From a virus (lineage: Duplodnaviria > Caudoviricetes), in IMG/VR virus record IMGVR_UViG_3300021255_002536, positions 37,138-101,137 of that record: a stretch of 64,000 nucleotides of DNA; one strand, 5' to 3'. The notes under the pieces are model-generated. The model did not search any database and was not told the DNA's origin. It was given only the letters and a program-made list of their open reading frames with translations. Of the stretch, positions 1-9,249 are shown one piece after another; position 1 is the stretch's first letter, and the number at the start of each line of letters is the position of its first letter. A program made the translations under genes and the position numbers.

Positions 1-98
1 ACTTGGGCAGGAACAGGCATGCTGCACTGCGAGGCCAAATAGACATCCACGCGCACGATGTCATCCTGGCGAAGTTCCAAACATAAATTCTCGTTCAT
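1..98 (-). CDS. Hypothetical protein, N-terminal part only (runs off window)
   Basis: ATG at 98 after an AT-rich leader; frame open to the window edge (MNENLCLELRQDDIVRVDVYL...). Confidence 0.55.
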   Translation of the reverse strand, partial: MNENLCLELRQDDIVRVDVYLASQCSMPVPAQ

Positions 99-223
99 AA
101 TCTTATATTTTTTGATGGTTATTACTCTAACGTTAGAGGTGTGACAGGGGTGTGACAAAAAAATATCGAAAATACCTCATTATTTAACATCTTTTCGCAG
201 TCGATTTTGACCTTTTTTACAAT

Positions 224-955
224 TTACTCATATTTCGGTAATCCACCCCTTAATTCGTACTCATCCACTCGCGTAATCTCAGCATCGCCTATCACGTCGG
301 CTTCATTCGCCATACGCTTACCTTCCTTGCGCCAGCGGAATATCTGGCGACGCAGGTGTTCACGCTCTTTGTTATCATGCGACACTGGAATATCCCACTT
401 CATAAAGAAACGCTCCAGGATCTCTACATCCGTGCGATCGATACGCTGCTCACGGCACCAGTCACGCTGTCGCTCTTCAAAGTAAAGGTATTCTCGGATG
501 AACCTATGCCTAAAAATTCTACGAAGCTGGTTGGCAGCCGACGTATCGAGGGTATGCGAGCTGCTGACCAGTTCTATACGACCATCCACATATATCTCCC
601 TGGGCAGGGCAATACACAGAAACTCGTAAGCCTCGCGACGGGTCTTGTTAGGCAGACGCTCCAACGTACACACCTCGGCGTAGGTCAGGTAATCCTTCGG
701 GTCGCGCTGAATGATCGGTTTACCACCTTCAGGCAGACGACCACGCAACATGTTATTCCAGGCAGACTGAGAATAGCAGCAGGCACGACGCTGTTGTGTC
801 TCAGGTACGATGCGAAGGCTATGCACCATCACAGCATATTCATCAGAACATTGCGACAGTTGGATAGGTGTCTGTTTTGAGATAGAGTTTCCATTACCAT
901 CGGCACGCATAAAGCTACCGACATACTTAGATACACGCAGATAAATTTTAGGCAT
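224..955 (-). CDS. Hypothetical phage protein
   Basis: 243-aa ORF tightly packed in the leftward operon. Confidence 0.75.
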   Translation of the reverse strand: MPKIYLRVSKYVGSFMRADGNGNSISKQTPIQLSQCSDEYAVMVHSLRIVPETQQRRACCYSQSAWNNMLRGRLPEGGKPIIQRDPKDYLTYAEVCTLERLPNKTRREAYEFLCIALPREIYVDGRIELVSSSHTLDTSAANQLRRIFRHRFIREYLYFEERQRDWCREQRIDRTDVEILERFFMKWDIPVSHDNKEREHLRRQIFRWRKEGKRMANEADVIGDAEITRVDEYELRGGLPKYE

Positions 956-964
956 AGTTCTCTC

Positions 965-1288
965 TTACTTACTATAGTCTTTATTCAGGTTTTCAATTTT
1001 CCAAAATTCAGCAAATGCACTTTCGAGCTTTGCACCACGAGAGTAGTCCCACATGGGGAGTTTCAGGATAGCATCACAACCATGCAGCTTACAGATATCA
1101 ATAAGTATCTGGAGTTGGTAGGGCAGGCGACGAAAGAGCCAGTTCCACCATCCCCACATCTTCAACGGATTAACGGGACGGTGGCCCAAGCCTATTAGAT
1201 TCTTCTCAGCCCTCGCAAACTGCGATTCTACCCATTCAGGATCACAGCCGGTTATCGGCCCAGAAATATACACTTTCTTAGATGTCAT
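965..1288 (-). CDS. DUF4406 family (nucleoside deoxyribosyltransferase-like) protein
   Basis: KVYISGPITG...VNP...CDAI..LP.W..SRGAKLE signature. Confidence 0.8.
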   Translation of the reverse strand: MTSKKVYISGPITGCDPEWVESQFARAEKNLIGLGHRPVNPLKMWGWWNWLFRRLPYQLQILIDICKLHGCDAILKLPMWDYSRGAKLESAFAEFWKIENLNKDYSK

Positions 1289-1722
1289 TACTTCACACCA
1301 GTATGTCCGTAACCACCTTCACCACGTTCTGTCTCATCGAGGACATCAACGGGAATAAACTCTGCATGCTCATGGCGGGCAATGACCATCTGGGCAATAC
1401 GCTCACCATCCTCAATGGTAAACGGCTCATCACTGAGGTTAATCAGTATAACGCCCACGTCACCACGATAATCGGCATCCACAGTACCAGGTGCATTCAG
1501 CACCGTTATACCCTTCTTTAGGGCCAGGCCACTACGCGGACGTACCTGTGCCTCGTAACCGACAGGCAAAGCGATATGCAATCCCGTTGGTACCAAACGA
1601 CGCTCCATAGGTTTGAGCACTATCGGCTCATCGATGTTTGCACGCAGATCCATACCGGCTGACAGCTCAGTAGCATAAGCGGGTAGGGGATGGTGCGACT
1701 TGTTTACAATCTTAATCTTCAT
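1288..1722 (-). CDS. dut: Trimeric dUTPase
   Basis: Motifs [37 protein letters not shown]. Confidence 0.97.
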   Translation of the reverse strand: MKIKIVNKSHHPLPAYATELSAGMDLRANIDEPIVLKPMERRLVPTGLHIALPVGYEAQVRPRSGLALKKGITVLNAPGTVDADYRGDVGVILINLSDEPFTIEDGERIAQMVIARHEHAEFIPVDVLDETERGEGGYGHTGVK

Positions 1723-2111
1723 ATATTCAATTCTTTTAATTTTTGTTCTGCTTCCATTTGTTCTACTTCGTATGGGTCGATAAGGTCAGAAAGGGCAACC
1801 AGGCGAATACGACCACCACCGGCATTACATACCAAGACTTTGTGCTCCAAATCTATCTGCAACACACACAGCTCATCAGCCATCATCTGCCGAACCATGT
1901 CGGCTGCCTTATTCATATCCATTACCACCTTCGATTTCCTTTTTAATAAATTAGATAAGACCCATCTTCTCGGATGCCTCTGAAGATCCAGAATTTCTTT
2001 CCGGACTTCATTACAAACCCAGACGATTTGCTCCCTCGTAAACCCATGCTCTGATGCGACCTGAGCATAGCGTTTGAAGCCGTCCATTATCAGATTCACC
2101 TTCGACACCAC
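1719..2111 (-). CDS. Hypothetical protein
   Basis: 130-aa ORF overlapping both neighbours by 1-4 nt. Confidence 0.7.
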   Translation of the reverse strand: MVSKVNLIMDGFKRYAQVASEHGFTREQIVWVCNEVRKEILDLQRHPRRWVLSNLLKRKSKVVMDMNKAADMVRQMMADELCVLQIDLEHKVLVCNAGGGRIRLVALSDLIDPYEVEQMEAEQKLKELNI

Positions 2112-2398
2112 TATTCGTTTGAGTCCTGTTCGGCGATTTGTTCTTTCGCCTTCTTAAATTCCTTCATCATATCAATCACCATAGCATTCAGAGCGGCTTC
2201 TGCGCCCGTCATCATATAGGAGATAGCGCCAACCATCGTTATCAAGTGATTCAACCGTTCGTACTCAGGTTCAGTTTTCTTATACTTCTGCTGGCACACT
2301 TGCATATTCTTCAATGTCTGTGCAATAATGCTCTGCGTCATCGGCAACTCTTTTGCTGCCATCGAGAGCGACACACCCCAAAGCGATTCTTCTACCAT
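2111..2398 (-). CDS. Hypothetical protein
   Basis: 95-aa ORF, operon packing. Confidence 0.7.
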   Translation of the reverse strand: MVEESLWGVSLSMAAKELPMTQSIIAQTLKNMQVCQQKYKKTEPEYERLNHLITMVGAISYMMTGAEAALNAMVIDMMKEFKKAKEQIAEQDSNE

Positions 2399-2399
2399 A

Positions 2400-2732
2400 C
2401 TATTCTTTTCCCTCCATTTTGTTACGCATCAGGATTTGAAGGGCTTCGTCACCTCGGCCCATCTTATTCATCAACAGTGCCACGTTCGTATCGAAGTCGC
2501 GACTCTGCACTATCAGGAGGGCAATCAATGCCAGGTGTTTCAACTGATTCGACTGGATAGCCGTAATCTCGATCACCTTATCCAACATACCCTTCTCAGT
2601 CCAACCACGTTCACGAAGCTGTGGAAGGTTCTGCATGAACTTATCCGATGCCATAATCATATTCACCAGATACTCCAGGAGTCCACGCTTATCCTTCAAC
2701 AAATTCGCTATGTCAACATTCATATTTGCCAT
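2400..2732 (-). CDS. Hypothetical protein
   Basis: 110-aa ORF, operon packing. Confidence 0.7.
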   Translation of the reverse strand: MANMNVDIANLLKDKRGLLEYLVNMIMASDKFMQNLPQLRERGWTEKGMLDKVIEITAIQSNQLKHLALIALLIVQSRDFDTNVALLMNKMGRGDEALQILMRNKMEGKE

Positions 2733-2733
2733 A

Positions 2734-2967
2734 CTATAATTGCTCTACAAAATGATCAATATTTACTATTTCAGACTCCACCAGCTTATACATAAGGGCA
2801 TTGAAAGTTTCCTCATGGATGCTTGCGGTCTTTTTAGTGGTACCCATATTCACAACCACATGCACCTCTGCCTGCGTCACATACGAAGAAAGAAGTTCCT
2901 GTATTGCTACCAACTTCTTACGCTTCTCAGCAAATCGCGCTGCTGTGTCTAAATTCTCTATCTTCAT
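2734..2967 (-). CDS. Hypothetical protein
   Basis: 77-aa ORF, operon packing. Confidence 0.65.
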   Translation of the reverse strand: MKIENLDTAARFAEKRKKLVAIQELLSSYVTQAEVHVVVNMGTTKKTASIHEETFNALMYKLVESEIVNIDHFVEQL

Positions 2968-3533
2968 CAGTCTATCTTCTGTAAACGTTCATCAATAAAT
3001 TCGAGATCATCATCATGGTAGGTCATACCATTCTCAGTATTATGCCACATGTTATAATACGATGTGCCAAACTGCACGATGGGCTGGTCATCCACCATCA
3101 CCTCCTCGCCGGTATCAATCACACGGGCCTTAATCTTCGGCCATTCCTTCTTATGGGCCATGTGATACATCCAATCTTCATGCTTCTGTCGAATAGACTC
3201 CGGATTACGATACTTGCATTCGTCACAATGGTAATGACCCATACCATCACACATACCTGATGCCTCGCCACGCTCAAAATCATCACAGTCGAGGTCAGGA
3301 TCCACGCCAGTCTTTATGCGCTGATTATCCTTACCATACGTCGGCTGCTGCATACACATCACCTTTGGAGCCAACTTACTGACACCACCCAAAAAATCGG
3401 TCATCATCGGCAACGGCATAGGCTCATTCGACATTCGCATCACGTTCACCTGAGCGAGTGAATTGCCTTCATCCTCCGTTATCATATCGAGAGCCATATA
3501 TACGCGATATCTTTTCTTCTTCTCTTCAGCCAT
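2967..3533 (-). CDS. Hypothetical protein with Cys/His cluster
   Basis: 188 aa; C..CDG.GHYHC..CKY segment. Confidence 0.7.
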   Translation of the reverse strand: MAEEKKKRYRVYMALDMITEDEGNSLAQVNVMRMSNEPMPLPMMTDFLGGVSKLAPKVMCMQQPTYGKDNQRIKTGVDPDLDCDDFERGEASGMCDGMGHYHCDECKYRNPESIRQKHEDWMYHMAHKKEWPKIKARVIDTGEEVMVDDQPIVQFGTSYYNMWHNTENGMTYHDDDLEFIDERLQKID

Positions 3534-3570
3534 ACTTGATATTTCTAAATTATCAATATTTTATTAGATT

Positions 3571-4062
3571 TTACACATTCAACACCACATATTTGCCTTC
3601 AATCTTACACTGACGAAGGCGACGGTCACACTCATGGCCAAAAGCAACGAGTACAGAAACAAAGAACGGCGAACCGGTAACACCTTCGGGTGTGAAAAAC
3701 TTAATGCGATGCCGCATAAAGAGCATCGAGGCTGCCTTAGTAAAGATGACCTCCTGGAACAGCAAATTATCCACCTGATTCTTCAGCAGCGCAATACCAT
3801 TGCCATGCTTGGCCAGTTTCTCCACAAACGGACGAAGCAAAGGACGGCTATAAGGTGGGTTCATAAACACAACAGCAGTATCGGGCCACGTCTGACTCAA
3901 TCCATCCTGCTCCTGATTGAACGACAACGGCGCAATCTCGTATGGAGGTTGCATAGGCGCACAAGGATCGAGGTCAAACGGGCCGAGTTCATCAATCACC
4001 CAACGAGGGGTGTACCACTCATCAGAACTGACTATTGGATTCTGCTGTGTTCTATTTGCCAT
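3571..4062 (-). CDS. Phage DNA N6-adenine methyltransferase (Dam-like)
   Basis: SDEWYTP, FDLDPCA, DGL...W and NPPYS motifs. Confidence 0.9.
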   Translation of the reverse strand: MANRTQQNPIVSSDEWYTPRWVIDELGPFDLDPCAPMQPPYEIAPLSFNQEQDGLSQTWPDTAVVFMNPPYSRPLLRPFVEKLAKHGNGIALLKNQVDNLLFQEVIFTKAASMLFMRHRIKFFTPEGVTGSPFFVSVLVAFGHECDRRLRQCKIEGKYVVLNV

Positions 4063-4063
4063 A

Positions 4064-4387
4064 CTAATCTACTCTAATTCCTAAATCACATTCACCAGTA
4101 AAAATACTGGAACTATTATAATGCGAACAATCATGGCACATGTCACCATCTTCATCAGGGAACGGACAGCCAAGAGACGCAAGATCCTTACGCTTAATGC
4201 CAGGGTAGGGGTCAATACCTTTACTATTGATGCAATGCTGTGTAGCTGGGTCATTAGCAATCGTCTCATCAGCACAATGGCTACAAAGCTCGTGCGTATC
4301 ATCTACCCACCAACAGTTACCATATTCCGGATTAAAACACGGGTCATTATCCGTACAGCCACATACTCTACATACTCCGTAAGGCAT
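4064..4387 (-). CDS. Cys-rich hypothetical protein
   Basis: CRVCGCT...C...CWW...CSHC pattern. Confidence 0.7.
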   Translation of the reverse strand: MPYGVCRVCGCTDNDPCFNPEYGNCWWVDDTHELCSHCADETIANDPATQHCINSKGIDPYPGIKRKDLASLGCPFPDEDGDMCHDCSHYNSSSIFTGECDLGIRVD

Positions 4388-4390
4388 ACT

Positions 4391-5206
4391 TCATCCCTCC
4401 TTTTCCAACTGTTCACGAATGGCCTGCTGAAGCACAGGCAGAACGTACTTTGCATGACGCTTTGCAGCAGCAGCTACTTTTGTTGGTGCCGTATTCCATT
4501 CCACCTCACAAAGTTTATTAGCAAAGTAGCCATCGCTAATACCAAGCATAAACTTACGAATACCATCCTTACCTGGAGCGGCAAAGTATTGGAAGAAATT
4601 GCCCCATTCAGAGTAGGACATATAGACACCATCAGAAGTAAGGAAACAACGGGCCAGCCAACTGCCATTATCATCCTTCAGGTCATACATGAACACCTGC
4701 ACACCAGGTTTATTTGACAGACAGCATGTATTACCAATAAGTTCACGCTGACCATGGAAATTTTCTTCAGCACCAGGTTCAAGTAAATCTCTATTGTCAT
4801 AAACATTTCCGACAATCTCCATACGATTATAGTCTGGCACCTCACCTATAACCGATGGTAACAGGCAATTCTTTCCCCAAGTAAAACACCATCCGCTAAT
4901 CTCCACCGGATTGCCATCAGAAACAAAATCCTTCAATGCTGCCAGATGTCTTACCTGGCGTTGCCACTCTACGATAAAAAGTCGAGTAGTGCCATCAGGA
5001 ATAGTCAATACAAGAATATCATCCTCAAAAATTGGTTTACCCTTTTTATCAAACCAACCTGTAAACCTTCCAATGGTGTTAGGATTAACTCTAACAGATT
5101 CCAACGGAGAAATATGAATATGCGGAGTTGAGCACATAGTATGTGGCTCACCTACCACCCAACGGCCATCATCTATGGCCTTTGCACGAAATATATTACT
5201 ATTCAT
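4391..5206 (-). CDS. YopX-family domain fused to an unknown C-terminal domain
   Basis: FRAK..DG.WV.G, GRFTGWFDKKGKPIFEDDI, EIVGNVYDN; start taken at MNSNIF (5206). Confidence 0.8.
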   Translation of the reverse strand: MNSNIFRAKAIDDGRWVVGEPHTMCSTPHIHISPLESVRVNPNTIGRFTGWFDKKGKPIFEDDILVLTIPDGTTRLFIVEWQRQVRHLAALKDFVSDGNPVEISGWCFTWGKNCLLPSVIGEVPDYNRMEIVGNVYDNRDLLEPGAEENFHGQRELIGNTCCLSNKPGVQVFMYDLKDDNGSWLARCFLTSDGVYMSYSEWGNFFQYFAAPGKDGIRKFMLGISDGYFANKLCEVEWNTAPTKVAAAAKRHAKYVLPVLQQAIREQLEKEG

Positions 5207-5213
5207 AACTCTA

Positions 5214-5543
5214 CTAATTTGTATTCTGAGGGTTTTCGTTCTGAGCCTGCTTTTCCTGTCTGCGAAGTTGTGCTGCACGACTATTACGGGTCTTAAACAA
5301 CACTTCCTTTGCACGCTCTTTCAATTTCTTAAAGAATGGGAATACATAATGCTCCATCTTCTCATCAGTCATCCACTGCATACCAACAAAGATCTGCATC
5401 AGCATTTCTGCCAGAATTTCTATCGAGAGGTTTGGATCGCAATTATGCTTCTTAAACACCTCAGACATTTCAGCAAGGATTGCCGATTTCTCTTTCATGT
5501 ACTCCTGTTCAGGAGTCAACTGTTCTTTCTTTTCTTCAGCCAT
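5214..5543 (-). CDS. Hypothetical protein
   Basis: 109-aa ORF, operon packing. Confidence 0.7.
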   Translation of the reverse strand: MAEEKKEQLTPEQEYMKEKSAILAEMSEVFKKHNCDPNLSIEILAEMLMQIFVGMQWMTDEKMEHYVFPFFKKLKERAKEVLFKTRNSRAAQLRRQEKQAQNENPQNTN

Positions 5544-5547
5544 AATC

Positions 5548-5796
5548 TTATTTTAATATCAGTTGCAAAGCGAATCGGGCATTACCAGCATCGCCTACGC
5601 GAACTACTTCATTATATACCTGTTCAAGACTACGAGGATTCACCTCTTTAAACTTATTCATTTCTGGAATAGTCAGTTTGTGACCTGCCAGCGTCGCTAT
5701 TTTAAATAGCATGGCGGTACGACTCAGACCGTTTCCTCTGAAGGGCGATTTTACCCCCCCCTGTTTCACTCCAACATTAGATCTGCCAATTCTCAT
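5548..5796 (-). CDS. Hypothetical protein with an in-frame G8 tract near the 5' end
   Basis: 82-aa ORF; C8 run at 5754-5761 on the + strand. Confidence 0.6.
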   Translation of the reverse strand: MRIGRSNVGVKQGGVKSPFRGNGLSRTAMLFKIATLAGHKLTIPEMNKFKEVNPRSLEQVYNEVVRVGDAGNARFALQLILK

Positions 5797-5834
5797 ACTT
5801 TCAATTATTCAACGTTCAATTATTACATTAAAAC

Positions 5835-6241
5835 GACACAGGCCCGATGGTTTTCAACAGCGTCAGGAACAAAAACGATAACCAGAGCAAAATCCACGAC
5901 AGCACATGTCAAGATCAAGATCATAACCTACGGGAATCAACCCATCAACGGTTAATTTTTGTGCCACCATGTAAGGCTTTGTAAATACACTTGCGTTCTA
6001 ACCACTGAACTATTTGTGAAAGCGTCACAAAACGGGAGTTGAACCCGCGACTTCAAGTACCAATTCAATACATCGACCAAAACGACGCGCGTCTGCCAAT
6101 TCCGCCAATTCGCCATGAGGCGAATACAGGACTCGAACCTGCACATTTTCATTGTTTGTTGCTTTTGCAAGCGAAGCCATTTCTGCCATCGGTACGCCAC
6201 AGTTTCACAGTCATAACCTTCAGTCTGCGGCTACCCGTGTC
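5835..6241 (-). ncRNA. Putative ~400-nt structured RNA containing two circularly permuted tRNA-like units
   Basis: Closing helices GACACGGGT(6241-6233)/GCCTGTGTC(5843-5835) and CCGATGG/CCATCGG; units at 6142-6089 and 6048-5995 each read T-arm, looped 7-bp acceptor stem, D-arm. Confidence 0.75.
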
Positions 6242-6255
6242 AATATTTCAAAGAA

Positions 6256-7407
6256 CTATTTTCCCAAGCCATTAATACGCTCATAAATACTGAGCAATTC
6301 GTTAGGGATAATGATACCAAGCGATGCAATGCGCTTTGCCTCTGACAATTTCCATGCTTCAAGATCGGCACATAGCTGTTTATGCTGGTTCTGCTGCTCG
6401 GTAATCCATGCGTCATATTCAACCTGATATTCACTCATGCGCTTGCGCTCGTCAGTCATATAGGTTTCAAGTTTTTGCTGCAAAGAGGAAAGTTCACGAG
6501 AGTAAGCAGCCTGAGCCTCCTGCCATTCAGCTGCCTTTTTCTGTTTGTCTGTCTCAATGGTACGGTCACGCTCTGCCAGCAATCCGTTCAACTCAGCCTG
6601 GATAGCACGATGCTCGGCAGCCAGACGGAAAAACAATGCTTCCACTTCATCATGTGTAACAGACGGCTCATAACGTCCCAGCAGCATATTAGCACCCTCA
6701 CCTTCCTTATAAACAGGATGGGCCAATGTCTGACGGAACAGTTCGCGCTCCTTATACAGATGACCATTTTCATGGATATACTTTCCAATAGCCGATGCTT
6801 TGGCACCAAGGGTAAGAATACGGTTACGATCCTTCACCGACAAAGTAGCCATATATTGATCCTCAGTCATGGATTCTTCCTTCTTTGGCTGGGTAGGCAT
6901 GGTGAGACCGAACTTCTTACAATAACTCTCAGTACGAGAAACGACATTACCAAGGAGACGATTTGTAGTAACACCAGGGAACTCACCATTAATATCCGGA
7001 ATAGAGTAACCGCGATTTTCCATCCACTGAAGGATATTTACGTTCGGCTGTGGCAATTCAACACCTCCAAGGATATCTCTACAATAACCTTCCAGGGTCA
7101 TTTCCTTTACCTCTGCCAGCAAACGCTCACGAGCCTTGATAGCTTCACGAAGCCAAGCAATAAGAGCATTAGCCTCGCCAACAGTTTCCAACGACTTCAA
7201 AACACCGTCCAGTTGCTCACGAGTACTACCAATCTTTGCCTGCTGTGGCGTACCACCACTAACCAGGCTTATTGTCATACTGTAGAAACTAATAGCCTCC
7301 AGTTCACAGGCGACATTCTTAATACTTTCCTTCGCCATGTTCGCCACATGATTCGCGGAGGTGTTCGTCAAGCCGTTTTCACCAAAATAAATGTAATCTG
7401 CTTTCAT
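6256..7407 (-). CDS. Coiled-coil phage protein (FGENGLTxTSANHVAN family)
   Basis: Helical ORF starting MKADYIYFGENGLTNTSANHVANMAKE; resembles a family I recall from Bacteroidota phages; lies directly upstream of the structured RNA. Confidence 0.8.
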   Translation of the reverse strand: MKADYIYFGENGLTNTSANHVANMAKESIKNVACELEAISFYSMTISLVSGGTPQQAKIGSTREQLDGVLKSLETVGEANALIAWLREAIKARERLLAEVKEMTLEGYCRDILGGVELPQPNVNILQWMENRGYSIPDINGEFPGVTTNRLLGNVVSRTESYCKKFGLTMPTQPKKEESMTEDQYMATLSVKDRNRILTLGAKASAIGKYIHENGHLYKERELFRQTLAHPVYKEGEGANMLLGRYEPSVTHDEVEALFFRLAAEHRAIQAELNGLLAERDRTIETDKQKKAAEWQEAQAAYSRELSSLQQKLETYMTDERKRMSEYQVEYDAWITEQQNQHKQLCADLEAWKLSEAKRIASLGIIIPNELLSIYERINGLGK

Positions 7408-7411
7408 ATCT

Positions 7412-8143
7412 TTACACCTTCTCAGGATCAACCAAAACCCAATCGTCGGCCAACATATCGGTCTGCGATGCCAGCCAACCATTCACGATAGAACCATCAG
7501 CAGCCTTCATACAGATATACTGAGTGAAGAAACGCTCCTTACGCTCATTAGGATGGTTCTTAACCCACAGCTTGAAGTTGTAGGGCAACGACTTCACAGT
7601 ATCGATGATAAAGTCATCCTTCAACATGTCAAACGGACGCATGAATAAAAACATGCCCTTACCATTCCAACCTTCACGGGCCACCAGAAAACCATGCTTC
7701 AGCGAACCGATAGCCTGGCCAAAGCTACCACTCTGACCAACCTGTAACACCTGCGACTCCGAGGCACCCGTCACATAACATGTTTCCATGTCACCACGAG
7801 TAAACTTGCCATCAAAATCTTTGTTTTCAGTCTTTTTCTGAGTCTCTACTGCGCCAAGATATTTCTCGGCCATTTCGTCTAAATTCATCATAATAATACC
7901 GTGTTTAAATAAATATTTCGATAACAGTTTTCCTAACCAGTCAGTCCAATCTAATACCACGAATAACGCCCAGAAATAGTTGTAACCTGGAACAAACATC
8001 ATCAGTTGCTTCTTCAAAGCACTACTGCAATAGCGTTTACCAGTCCAAGCATTACGGCATGTCACCACCAGGAAGTCAATAAACAAGATGACTACCGGCA
8101 CCAAGTAACCGTATATGATTGTGGCATCAATGAGCTTATCCAT
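7412..8143 (-). CDS. DUF2829 (Tad2-like anti-defence sponge) domain with in-frame N-terminal membrane segment
   Basis: FGQAI..LK.G..VAREGWNGKGMFL...GWLASQTDMLADDW; possible internal start at 7891/7888. Confidence 0.8.
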   Translation of the reverse strand: MDKLIDATIIYGYLVPVVILFIDFLVVTCRNAWTGKRYCSSALKKQLMMFVPGYNYFWALFVVLDWTDWLGKLLSKYLFKHGIIMMNLDEMAEKYLGAVETQKKTENKDFDGKFTRGDMETCYVTGASESQVLQVGQSGSFGQAIGSLKHGFLVAREGWNGKGMFLFMRPFDMLKDDFIIDTVKSLPYNFKLWVKNHPNERKERFFTQYICMKAADGSIVNGWLASQTDMLADDWVLVDPEKV

Positions 8144-8144
8144 A

Positions 8145-8762
8145 CTATTCTAAAAATTTGGGATAAAGATCGATCAGTTTGAAGGCGTAGGCATAGACTT
8201 CGGGATTGGAGTCCCAAGTGCCTTTGCCACATACATGGTCGATCATGTCGATAAAGCACTCACGCAGATTGCTATGGATGTTATGGCGAATGCTGACATG
8301 ATACTGTCCGTTAGGGAGTTTCTTACGCTTGATGTCGAGCCAGGTAAAGTCACCCGTTTCCTTCGTCTTGATGTCCGTTGCGCTCATAATACCATGGAAA
8401 ATACCCTCACGCAACATGTCGGCCTCGGAGATATCCTGAAGGTGCTCACAACGTTTCTCGGTAATCTCTATCTGGTACTGCATCAGCTCCGGACGGACAA
8501 AGAGTTTGTTTTCCCACGCGGGCAACTGCATAGGATGCTCCACACCCAACTCACGCTGCAAGCGATGGATAAACCTGATCTTATCGCCAGGAGTGGGCAG
8601 ACTACGCCAGATAAAGCCATAACCTTCGGCGATGGCCACCCGTTCGCCCACCTCATACTGTCGGCGGTCTGTGGTCAACCGGCGGGTCATATCCTTCTTA
8701 CCCTCTGTAACCAGCGTAGTAAGCCCCTGCGTAAAGCGGATGATCTGCGACTTATCCATCAC
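8145..8762 (-). CDS. ASCH/PUA-like phage protein
   Basis: GKKDMTRR, YEVGE..AIAE, W.NKLFV, EIT..RCEHLQDISEAD..REG, W.SNP.VYAY.F. Confidence 0.7.
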   Translation of the reverse strand: MMDKSQIIRFTQGLTTLVTEGKKDMTRRLTTDRRQYEVGERVAIAEGYGFIWRSLPTPGDKIRFIHRLQRELGVEHPMQLPAWENKLFVRPELMQYQIEITEKRCEHLQDISEADMLREGIFHGIMSATDIKTKETGDFTWLDIKRKKLPNGQYHVSIRHNIHSNLRECFIDMIDHVCGKGTWDSNPEVYAYAFKLIDLYPKFLE

Positions 8763-9247
8763 TTTTTTGGTTTCTCTACCTTCAGCGTAGCCTTCTTTGC
8801 CGTGTTCACAGTAGCCCTTACTGCTGGCTTCTTTTTCTTACGGGAATGCTTGACTTCCTCGGCTGCTTTCGCCATACGCTGCACGAGCACGGCATCCTGC
8901 ATGGGTTTATACACGGGCAACAATTCATTGAAGGCATCGAGTGGAGTGATACCCTTCATGTCACCCAACTGCTCAACCATAAAGAGGATATCGCACGTAC
9001 TGATGCAGGCTGCCATCAGCAGGGCAATCGAGGTATGCTTCTGGAGCAAGTCGCTCTGAATGATATAACCTCCAACGAGTGCGGTCAGTTGTGTTTCCAG
9101 ACCCTCTACCTCTTTTTCCAGAGCCTTCAACTCCTGAAGTTCCTCTTTGGTCTTAGGCTCATGCTGTTTCATCATCACTTCCATTGCAATGCGGACAAAA
9201 TCGCCCTTCTTCAATGGACGCTGCTTAGTTTCTTTCTTTTCTGCCAT
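8759..9247 (-). CDS. Hypothetical protein
   Basis: 162-aa ORF with basic tail. Confidence 0.7.
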   Translation of the reverse strand: MAEKKETKQRPLKKGDFVRIAMEVMMKQHEPKTKEELQELKALEKEVEGLETQLTALVGGYIIQSDLLQKHTSIALLMAACISTCDILFMVEQLGDMKGITPLDAFNELLPVYKPMQDAVLVQRMAKAAEEVKHSRKKKKPAVRATVNTAKKATLKVEKPKK

Positions 9248-9249
9248 AA

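Noticed and set aside
6025-6114. Conventional tRNA gene (TTG anticodon)
   Set aside because: The acceptor strands do not pair in the normal register and there is no CCA; only the permuted pairing works.
5952-6200. 82-aa minus-strand ORF
   Set aside because: It is the translation of the tRNA-like RNA elements and has no protein-like features.
5835-6241. Two-piece tmRNA
   Set aside because: Lacks the alanyl acceptor identity (GGGG...CCACCA with G3-U70) and a recognisable tag peptide.
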